In this document: one piece after another, positions 36,338 to 43,809 of the stretch
How positions within the stretch are numbered: position 1 is the first letter of the stretch
Layout of the letters: each line of letters starts with the position of its first letter
Assembly: GCA_001805105.1 (NCBI GenBank)
Contig: MHEE01000012.1
Span: forward strand, 171,127 to 235,126
Direction of reading: 5' to 3'
Source of the DNA: Nitrospirae bacterium GWF2_44_13
Lineage (GTDB): Bacteria > Nitrospirota > Thermodesulfovibrionia > Thermodesulfovibrionales > UBA1546
DNA: 64,000 nucleotides
The notes under the pieces: generated by a model
Seen by the model: only the letters and a program-made list of their open reading frames with translations
What the model was told of the DNA's origin: nothing
Databases searched by the model: none
Made by a program: the position numbers and the translations under genes

Positions 36338-37078
36338 CTATTTTATCCTTTTCAGTCGTAAAAGCATTAAGAGGGTTCTTTTTATTGTCTTTATAACTTC
36401 CATCTTGCTTTCTCCTTCTTTTTGATCATATCTGAGAATGAGGGGAACTTCTACCGCAAGAATATCCATGCTTCTCAACTTTATTAGCAGTTCTGCCATG
36501 CATGCAAACCCTTTCTCCTCTATGAGCCTATCTTTAAACTTCTCATGGGCATTCCTCAAACATTCAAGACTATAAGCACGGTAACCACAGGTGTAATCCT
36601 TAACGCCCTTAATTGGGAAAAGTATTCTCATCATCCACGAGGCGCCTATGCTAAGTATCTGTCTGAGTTTTGTCACACCGATTATCCTGCTATCCCCGAG
36701 ATATCTGGATGCAATAGCAACATCAAAGCCGTCTCTTATTTTATTTACCATCTGATAAATATGCTCCGGATTGTGTGTATTATCAGAATCAAGGACAATA
36801 GCGATATCTTCTTCGTTAAATGAAAGCTTAAGCACTTCTCTGATAAGGCTAAAAAAGGCAAATCCCAATCCTTCATTCTGGTCCTTCCCTATAATTTTGA
36901 GTGGAATACCATATTTATTCTGCTTTAGAATATCAAGCGTATTGTCTGTGCTGCCATCATTGTAAGCAATTACTTGATAATCAAAACTATGACTCTCCAT
37001 CTCTGTTTTAATACGCTTTAGAAGGGGCTCAAGCGCCTTCCCCTCATTATAGGCAGGCAGTAGAATATAGATTATCAA
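36338..37078 (-). CDS. GT2 polyprenyl-phosphate glycosyltransferase, DPM1/Ppm1-like (soluble type)
   Basis: MIIYILLPAYNEGKAL, YNDGSTDNT, VLDSDNTHNPE (compare DPM1 DADxxHxP), VAIASRY, VKDYTCGYRAY. Confidence 0.75.
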   Translation of the reverse strand: MIIYILLPAYNEGKALEPLLKRIKTEMESHSFDYQVIAYNDGSTDNTLDILKQNKYGIPLKIIGKDQNEGLGFAFFSLIREVLKLSFNEEDIAIVLDSDNTHNPEHIYQMVNKIRDGFDVAIASRYLGDSRIIGVTKLRQILSIGASWMMRILFPIKGVKDYTCGYRAYSLECLRNAHEKFKDRLIEEKGFACMAELLIKLRSMDILAVEVPLILRYDQKEGESKMEVIKTIKRTLLMLLRLKRIK

Positions 37079-37092
37079 ATTATTATCTCAAT

Positions 37093-38529
37093 TTAATTCG
37101 TAGGACTTAGGAATCTTCGGAAATAACCAACGCCAAAACTCATCAGGCGCAAGAACTCTGCGGGTCTGAGCGCCCGTTTGAAGAGAATCCAAGCATACGC
37201 CGGACGCAGGTAGAATTTACGGTATGCTTTTCTAATAATCTTATCCAATTTCTCTTTTTTCACTCCTGGAATTTCAATAACAAATTGACTTCCACCAGTC
37301 ATATAGTTGTCCCAATTGACATCCACGACTAAATTTTTGGCTCTAACTATGTCAAAAAATTCTGTTCCAGGATATGGTGTTGCAGGATAAAACTCTACGT
37401 AGTCCGGGTTAATTTGCTTTGCAAAATCCACTGTCTCTTGAATTGTCTCTCGGGTCTCTCCAGGCAGCCCTATGAGAAAATAAACAAGAGAACTAATTCC
37501 GACTTTTCTAAGAAGTTTAACGGTATCCTTAATATGTTCAGGCTTCGTCCCTTTTTTTATCATTTTAAGAATTTGGGCATTGCCGCTCTCACCTCCGATG
37601 GAGAGCATAAAGCAACCGGCATCTCTCATGAGCTGGAACATCTCTTCGTCCCGCTTATCTACACGGGTATTGGTCCACCACGTAATCTTAATTTTACGCT
37701 CAATTATTGCCTTGCATAGTTTTTTTACATATTCAGGCGAGCATGTAAAATCATCAGCATGCATCCAGACATGACGAATACCGAATTTGCCTATAACATG
37801 ATTCTCCAACTCATCTATAACACTTGCTATAGAGCGAAAACGGACTTTTTTGCCATAGTAGAGATGTCCAACACAAAAAATACAATTATGAACGCATCCC
37901 CTTGAAGCACTTACCATCACATAAGGCTTATTAAAAATGGGATGAAAATATCTTGATTTATCAAAATGTTCCCAGGCCGGGAACCCAAGCGAATCCAGAT
38001 CGGAATTATACTCTCTATCTGCTGAAACAATGACTTTTCCATTAACCCGCATGGTGCATCCATGTATTCCTTCATCCGGAATTCTCCCATCTTGAAGAGC
38101 TGAAATCAATTCCTGGCTGGTCCATTCGGGTTCATGGCGTATCACACAGTCAATAAATGAATTTTTATTCATAATCTCTTGATGGAGAGCAGTTACATGG
38201 GTTCCAAAAACCACGGTAAAACAACCCTGATAGCGTTTCTTGAATGTTTCAACAAATAATAAATCAGCATTTATTGAAGGTGTTACAGTATTAATAAATG
38301 CCGCTTCAGGTTGAAACTCATCCATATCCATAAACAAATCTTCATTAGTTATTCCTGAGGCAATACAGTCATAAACCTTCAGGGTGTGACCACCGCGGCC
38401 ATGGATTCCGGCCAAATAAGCCAGTGTCATCTGTGGTATAGAGGTCTTGCGCATATTTTGAGAAGACTGGCAGCGCCCTTCACGAATAATTGATATATGA
38501 TAAGGAGGATTGAGTATCAAGATTTTCAT
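37093..38529 (-). CDS. B12-binding-domain-like radical SAM enzyme
   Basis: MKILILNPPYH..., VFGTHVT, SASRGCVHNCIFC. Confidence 0.75.
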   Translation of the reverse strand: MKILILNPPYHISIIREGRCQSSQNMRKTSIPQMTLAYLAGIHGRGGHTLKVYDCIASGITNEDLFMDMDEFQPEAAFINTVTPSINADLLFVETFKKRYQGCFTVVFGTHVTALHQEIMNKNSFIDCVIRHEPEWTSQELISALQDGRIPDEGIHGCTMRVNGKVIVSADREYNSDLDSLGFPAWEHFDKSRYFHPIFNKPYVMVSASRGCVHNCIFCVGHLYYGKKVRFRSIASVIDELENHVIGKFGIRHVWMHADDFTCSPEYVKKLCKAIIERKIKITWWTNTRVDKRDEEMFQLMRDAGCFMLSIGGESGNAQILKMIKKGTKPEHIKDTVKLLRKVGISSLVYFLIGLPGETRETIQETVDFAKQINPDYVEFYPATPYPGTEFFDIVRAKNLVVDVNWDNYMTGGSQFVIEIPGVKKEKLDKIIRKAYRKFYLRPAYAWILFKRALRPAEFLRLMSFGVGYFRRFLSPTN

Positions 38530-38537
38530 AAAAGGTT

Positions 38538-40031
38538 TTAATCGATAGAAAGGAAAAATTGTTTAAACTTTCTTATTAAAAACATTTCAGGAACAGACTT
38601 AAATGCGTTAAGCCGCCAACGGATTAAAAACCAGAATCTTATAGGCAAATATAATATTTTAGCGAGTTTAGGCAGAGCCTGATAAAACAAATCGGATATA
38701 AGGTATGAGATAGTAACGATATTTTCGTAAAATTGATACTCTTTTTTGTCAACTTTGCCCTTCTTGAGGTTAAGATGATGGAAAGTTGTCCACTCATAGA
38801 TAGTCTTTGGGACTTCATCAGGGTAATCCTGTCTATAAACGTCGAATAAAGCGGTTCCCGGGTAAGGAGTAAAGTTATTAATATTTGCAAGTTGGGCATT
38901 AGGATTTTCTTGCTTGAGTTTTTTCATCATATTAACTGTTGCAAGCGCATCTTCCCTCTTTTCCCGTGGAAATCCGATCATAAAGTTGTACGCAGGAGTA
39001 AGATTCAGATTTTTACACTCACGATTAACTTCATATATATCCTTTGTCGTAATCCCTTTTTTAATAAAAGAGAGAATTTTTTCTGAGCCTGATTCAACCC
39101 CAAATCGAAGTATTGCGCCTATCTTTTTTAAATCTTGACGTGCTTCATTTGGAAGGCGTTTGAATTCTTGTATAGTGATACCGGGAAGATAAACTTTTAA
39201 CTTCTGCCGGCACAGATATTCAATGATTGCAGCAGCTCTGGGTATGTTAACAAAAAAATTATCGTCTCGAATCCAAATAGACCTTAGCTTGTATTTCTCA
39301 GTGTTGTATTGTATCATTTCTATTGTTTTTTCCTTACTCATTGAACGCCATTTACGGCCGAAAAAGGCTGCATTGTAACAATACGCACATTCCCAACAAC
39401 AACCCCTGCTTGTTTCTCCCAAATCTAACTCCCGGTCCGAAAGTAAAGAGGCTTTCTTAAAAATATATTTCTCCGCATCGACAAGGCCGAAACGGTCAAT
39501 CGGAAAGGTATCCATATTGATTAAGGGGCGTTTAGGCGTTCTCACTATTTGTTTCCCATTCTTAAAGATTAGTCCCGGTACCGACATAAGAATATCCATT
39601 TTATTTTCATTAAGTGCGTTAACTAATTCGAGGATAGTTTCTTCCCCTTCTCCAATTACACCAAAATCAATTAATTCACACTGAATGCTCTGTTCCGGCA
39701 CAAGGGAGACATGGACGCCGCCAAAAACAATTGGAGTCGCAGGAGAATGTTCTCTTATAAAATTGGCGATATTAAGGGCATTTTTAAGTTGAACCCCTGT
39801 CATGGAGGAAATTCCAATCAATAATGGTTCTTGCTTCAGTTCCTCTCTTATGACATTTTCCCAGTTTTTCTCAATTCTCTGGTCAATGATAATGATACGA
39901 TTTTTTATTTTATGGTGGACCAAATAAGCGCCCACCGCTAAAATGCTATGAGGTGGAGTAATTCCAACCCCGATATCATAACCAGTATTTGGATAGATTA
40001 AAATTACACTCCGATATCGAGAGTATGCCAT
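38538..40031 (-). CDS. B12-binding-domain radical SAM enzyme
   Basis: VFGGVHVS, VIGEGEETILELV, ETSRGCCWECAYC. Confidence 0.8.
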   Translation of the reverse strand: MAYSRYRSVILIYPNTGYDIGVGITPPHSILAVGAYLVHHKIKNRIIIIDQRIEKNWENVIREELKQEPLLIGISSMTGVQLKNALNIANFIREHSPATPIVFGGVHVSLVPEQSIQCELIDFGVIGEGEETILELVNALNENKMDILMSVPGLIFKNGKQIVRTPKRPLINMDTFPIDRFGLVDAEKYIFKKASLLSDRELDLGETSRGCCWECAYCYNAAFFGRKWRSMSKEKTIEMIQYNTEKYKLRSIWIRDDNFFVNIPRAAAIIEYLCRQKLKVYLPGITIQEFKRLPNEARQDLKKIGAILRFGVESGSEKILSFIKKGITTKDIYEVNRECKNLNLTPAYNFMIGFPREKREDALATVNMMKKLKQENPNAQLANINNFTPYPGTALFDVYRQDYPDEVPKTIYEWTTFHHLNLKKGKVDKKEYQFYENIVTISYLISDLFYQALPKLAKILYLPIRFWFLIRWRLNAFKSVPEMFLIRKFKQFFLSID

Positions 40032-40037
40032 AAAGAA

Positions 40038-40184
40038 TTACTCCATAAAAAAGGCTAAAAATATCCCTGCAAAAAGGCTTATAACCCCTGCAAGGATAAT
40101 ATTTTTCTTTATATTAGGACTCACAGACATTTTGGGAATATATGGTTTATCTATGTCCTGCTCGACAAATTCGGAACAATTCAT
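40038..40184 (-). CDS. Possible 48-aa small membrane protein (below the ORF-track size cutoff)
   Basis: Hand translation: MNCSEFVEQDIDKPYIPKMSVSPNIKKNIILAGVISLFAGIFLAFFME. One C-terminal TM helix. The stop is 6 nt before the next ATG. No convincing SD. Confidence 0.2.
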   Translation of the reverse strand: MNCSEFVEQDIDKPYIPKMSVSPNIKKNIILAGVISLFAGIFLAFFME

Positions 40185-40197
40185 TTCGAGTTTAAAG

Positions 40198-40320
40198 TTA
40201 GTCCCACCATGTTTTCAAGTTTATAATAATTAGTTGAGACATTATATCCCAGCGCCTCATGCGGCCTATATATGACCCAATAAGACCTACTACTCCTGTC
40301 AATATTATCATCTTCCCCAT
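40198..40320 (-). pseudogene. Possible remnant of the N-terminus of an NAD-dependent epimerase/dehydratase gene
   Basis: Hand translation: MGKMIILTGVVGLIGSYIGRMRRWDIMSQLIIINLKTWWD*. ILTGxxGxIGS is the SDR Rossmann motif. The ATG overlaps the ugd stop (TGATG). The ORF stops after 40 codons. Confidence 0.25.
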
Positions 40321-41648
40321 CATTCACCAACACCTATCTGAAAGTATTCAAATCCTATTTCGTTAAGTTTTTCTTTATTATACTGATTTCTTCCGTCAAA
40401 AATTATTTTATTTTTCAGACGCCTTGCAATCTCATCAAAGTCAGGGCTCCTGAACTCCTTCCACTCCGTAACAAGCAGCAAGGCATCAGCGCCTGACAAT
40501 GCAGTATATTTGGAATCAGCATACTCTACGTTTTTTAAGTCCTTGAGATAGTACGCCTTGGCAACATCCATTGCTCTGGGGTCATACGCCTTTATCTTTG
40601 CTCCATGCTTTGTAAGTTCCCGAATTATAGCTATACTTGACGCCTCTCTTGTGTCGTCTGTCTCAGGCTTGAAGGACAACCCCCAAACAGCAAATACATG
40701 CCCATTTAAATCCTCACCGAACCTTTTTATAACCTTACGGACCAGGACTAATTTCTGAGATTCATTTATTTCCTGAACCGCCCTGAGCATCCTGGCCGCA
40801 TATTTATTTTCTGTAGCTAATCTTTCCAGCGCCCTTACATCCTTAGGGAAACAGCTTCCACCGTATCCGCAGCCAGGATATATAAAGCTGTATCCTATTC
40901 TGCTGTCGCTTCCTATCCCTACCCTAACCTTATTAACATCAGCCCCTACTCTCTCGCAGATATTGGCTATTTCATTTATAAAAGATACCTTTGCGGCAAG
41001 CATCGCATTTGCGGCATATTTTGTCATCTCAGCGCTTCTTACATCCATAGAAATAAACCTTTCGTGGCTCCTTGTAAATGGCGCATAAAGTTCTTTTATC
41101 TTCTCAAGCGCCTTTGGATTATCCGCCCCTGCGATAACCCTGTCCGGCCTCATAAAATCTTCGACAGCAGCCCCTTCTTTAAGGAATTCAGGATTGGACA
41201 CAACATCAAACGGTATTTCAAGTTTCCTTTTATTCAGTTCACTTTTTACGACATCTCTAACCTTATCCGCTGTTCCTACAGGCACGGTTGACTTATTAAC
41301 GATGATAATATGGTGTGTCATATTTTTGCCTATATCACTGGCTGCCTGCAAAACATGCTGCAAATCAGCGCTCCCGTCTTCTCCCATCGGAGTGCCGACT
41401 GCAATACAGCATATCTCGCTGTTGTCAATTGCCTCTTTAATGTCAGTCGTAAACCTTAATGTCCCCGCCCTGTAATTTTCAGCGACCAGAGGTTCAAGCC
41501 CGGGCTCGTAGATGGGGATAACACCGCGTTTAAGGTTGTCTATTTTTTTTCTGTCAACATCCACACAAAAAACGCTGTTTCCCATCTGCGCCATGCATGC
41601 GCCTGTGACGAGCCCTACATATCCTGTGCCTATAATTGAAATTCTCAT
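40320..41648 (-). CDS. ugd: UDP-glucose 6-dehydrogenase
   Basis: MRISIIGTGYVGLVTGACMAQMGNSVFCVDVDRKKIDNLKRGVIPIYEPGLEPLV, GGSCFPKDV (catalytic Cys), 442 aa. Confidence 0.9.
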   Translation of the reverse strand: MRISIIGTGYVGLVTGACMAQMGNSVFCVDVDRKKIDNLKRGVIPIYEPGLEPLVAENYRAGTLRFTTDIKEAIDNSEICCIAVGTPMGEDGSADLQHVLQAASDIGKNMTHHIIIVNKSTVPVGTADKVRDVVKSELNKRKLEIPFDVVSNPEFLKEGAAVEDFMRPDRVIAGADNPKALEKIKELYAPFTRSHERFISMDVRSAEMTKYAANAMLAAKVSFINEIANICERVGADVNKVRVGIGSDSRIGYSFIYPGCGYGGSCFPKDVRALERLATENKYAARMLRAVQEINESQKLVLVRKVIKRFGEDLNGHVFAVWGLSFKPETDDTREASSIAIIRELTKHGAKIKAYDPRAMDVAKAYYLKDLKNVEYADSKYTALSGADALLLVTEWKEFRSPDFDEIARRLKNKIIFDGRNQYNKEKLNEIGFEYFQIGVGE

Positions 41649-41760
41649 TTTTATTCTCCCTGCGTTTATATAATGCTCCGCCCTCTCAGTTACATGTCCT
41701 CGTTTAAGAGGATAATAACCAGGAAGGCTTAAACTCTTACCGCTTTAAAAACTCTGGACT

Positions 41761-42309
41761 CTAAACAGCTTCCACTTCTAAAGCGTCTATCTTCAGCGAC
41801 ACGCCCTGCCTGAGTATATCAACGGAAAGAACAAGGAGATGCTGTCCTTTCCTTTCCGCAAGAATACCTTCCACTCCTGCAAGAGGCCCCATTTTTATCC
41901 TTACCCTCTGGCCTTCCTTCAAATACGGATAGGGGTCAAGGGTTTCTTTGCTTTCAACGAGCTTTTTTAAAGAAATTATCTGATCTTCTGCGACAGGCTC
42001 CGGCTCACTGGGAACAATGCCAAGAAATCTTACAACCCCTTTAGTTTTCAGGACAGACAGCATGGCTTCATAAATCTTATTCATATGGACAAAAATATAA
42101 CCAGGGAAAAGAGGGAAATTTATTAACTTCTTTCTGTCCTTCCATCTGCTGAGTCTCTCAACAGCAGGCAGAAATGTCTCTACGCCGGATTTTTTCAATC
42201 TTTCCACCACTTTAAACTCATGGCGGGATTTAACATGAACAGCATACCAACTCTGTTGCGAGTCGCAACGATAAGCGCCAGAAATATCAGTTAATTCCAT
42301 GTTGCTCAT
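41761..42309 (-). CDS. Specialised NusG paralogue (RfaH/UpxY-like transcription antiterminator)
   Basis: WYAVHVKSRHEFKVVERLKKSGVETFLP...FPLFPGYIFVHM (NGN domain). KOW-like EGQRVRIKMGPLAGVEGIL. Confidence 0.8.
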   Translation of the reverse strand: MSNMELTDISGAYRCDSQQSWYAVHVKSRHEFKVVERLKKSGVETFLPAVERLSRWKDRKKLINFPLFPGYIFVHMNKIYEAMLSVLKTKGVVRFLGIVPSEPEPVAEDQIISLKKLVESKETLDPYPYLKEGQRVRIKMGPLAGVEGILAERKGQHLLVLSVDILRQGVSLKIDALEVEAV

Positions 42310-42884
42310 ATATAATAAACCCTTTCGGGATTTACACCGGCCTTATTCATCGTTTCACTTGCCCTGCCGTCAAGGGATGCAACCAGTATTGCATCATATT
42401 CAATTCCATTGACATTCTCTATTGAATAGATGTCATGCCCGAAAAATCCCTTTCCCATCCCGCTGTCAGCAACAACACCAACTATCTTAAGCGGCAGCCC
42501 TCTCGTAGAGATGTAACATAACTCGGCAACCTCTCCATCGCCCCAGAGAAGAATATTCCTTACATCGGAAGCCAGCATCAGCGCATAAGTCTGCTCAATC
42601 TTCTGTCTAACGTCTCTGAAATAGTCTATTGAGCGGTTCATATATCTGTAGGTAAGTTTTGCCTTCTCTGCAAAACCCTTAGGGGTAATTATATACTTGA
42701 CTCTGTTTTTAGGAAGGTTTTTGACTTTTATGAGTCCTTTGCTATAAAGCCTCTTTACATATGCATTGACTAAGCCGAGGGCAATCCCAAGACGGTCAGC
42801 CAACGCCCGCTGGGTAATTACCGACTCCCTTGTAAGTTCGTCAAGCAGCCTGAGGGATATGTCCTCAGGCGGATGATTGTTCAT
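42306..42884 (-). CDS. Winged-helix regulator, MarR_EPS-like N-domain plus ~90-aa Rossmann-like C-domain
   Basis: ITQRALADRLGIALGLVNAYVKRLYSKGLIKVKNLPKNRVKYIITPKGFAEKAKLTYRYM resembles the EPS-associated MarR family pattern as I recall it. C-terminal NILLWGDGEVAE...IVGVVAD...DAILVAS. Confidence 0.6.
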   Translation of the reverse strand: MNNHPPEDISLRLLDELTRESVITQRALADRLGIALGLVNAYVKRLYSKGLIKVKNLPKNRVKYIITPKGFAEKAKLTYRYMNRSIDYFRDVRQKIEQTYALMLASDVRNILLWGDGEVAELCYISTRGLPLKIVGVVADSGMGKGFFGHDIYSIENVNGIEYDAILVASLDGRASETMNKAGVNPERVYYI

Positions 42885-42895
42885 GTCATGAACAA
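42877..42895. promoter_or_regulatory. Perfect 9-1-9 palindrome spanning the regulator start codon (candidate operator or start-occluding hairpin)
   Basis: TTGTTCATG-T-CATGAACAA. The regulator ATG (42884..42882) lies inside the left arm. Confidence 0.35.
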
Positions 42896-42957
42896 TACCA
42901 CATAAAAATCAGTTTAGTCAATAGGTATCTGGGAGTACTTACTTCAAAAATTCGCTG

Positions 42958-43809
42958 CTAAAAACGCTTAGCTGTTGAAAGAAATTTTTTGAGGGCCACT
43001 TCGCGTTTTTCCGGAGTATAATTTACTGAAAGCCTTGTAATTTCCGTATCAAGCACGGAATAGGCAGGACGTTTTGCAGGGCGCGGAAATTCCTCGGAAG
43101 TTACCGGGATTATTTCTGCGCGTATGCCTGCCATTGAAACAATCTCTCTGGCATAATCAAACCAGCTTATGCCGCTGCCTGAATCGTCGGCAATGTGATA
43201 TATCCCGAAACTTCCGCTTTCAATAAGTTTCTTTATTCCTGCAGAGAGATTTAAAGTATAAGTCGGAGAACATATCTGGTCCGTAACAACTTTCACTGCG
43301 CTCTGCTCTTTTGCAAGCCTGAGAATCGTAATCACAAAATTATTATTTCCTCTGCCGTAAAGCCCGCTTGTCCTCACTATGTAAAACTTGTTCGTAATCC
43401 ATTGTATATATTTTTCTCCTGCAAGCTTTGATTCTCCATAGACATTCAGGGGATTTGGCGCGTCAAACGGCGTATAAGGTTTACTTTTTTTACCGTCAAA
43501 AACATAATCCGTGCTGATATGGCATAAAGGAATTTGCATTTCCGCGCACGCAATTGCAATGTTCTGAACGCCTATGCCGTTTACCTGAAATGCCTTTCCC
43601 CTTTCTTCCTCAGCCGTGTCTACCTTTGTATATGCAGCGCAATTGATTACTATATCAGGCGCACTTCTTTTTATATTTTTTATAACAGCATCTTTTTGAG
43701 TAATGTCCATCTCCTGCTTTGAAAGCGGTATTATCTCATTATTTTCTTTCAGCACAGGCATTAAATCCCGTGCAAGCATGCTTTCCGAGCCTGTAATTAA
43801 AATTTTCAT
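42958..43809 (-). CDS. rfbD: dTDP-4-dehydrorhamnose reductase
   Basis: MKILITGSESMLARDL..., YTKVDTAEEE, STDYVFDG, YGESKLAGE. ATG 43809 forms an ATGA overlap with the rfbB stop (the track start at 43818 is also possible). Confidence 0.8.
   Translation of the reverse strand: MKILITGSESMLARDLMPVLKENNEIIPLSKQEMDITQKDAVIKNIKRSAPDIVINCAAYTKVDTAEEERGKAFQVNGIGVQNIAIACAEMQIPLCHISTDYVFDGKKSKPYTPFDAPNPLNVYGESKLAGEKYIQWITNKFYIVRTSGLYGRGNNNFVITILRLAKEQSAVKVVTDQICSPTYTLNLSAGIKKLIESGSFGIYHIADDSGSGISWFDYAREIVSMAGIRAEIIPVTSEEFPRPAKRPAYSVLDTEITRLSVNYTPEKREVALKKFLSTAKRF

Noticed and set aside
40038-40184. The small ORF upstream of the radical SAM genes as a RiPP precursor peptide
   Set aside because: The sequence is a single hydrophobic TM helix with no leader/core organisation and no SD. 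There is no protease, cyclase or RiPP-recognition-element gene nearby. It is kept only as a low-confidence small membrane ORF.
41736-41744. ops-like sequence AGCGGTAAG (minus strand) between the NusG-paralogue gene and ugd
   Set aside because: Only the GCGGTA core of GGCGGTAGnnTG matches. Such a hexamer is expected by chance, and non-RfaH paralogues use different recruitment signals. It is not enough to call.
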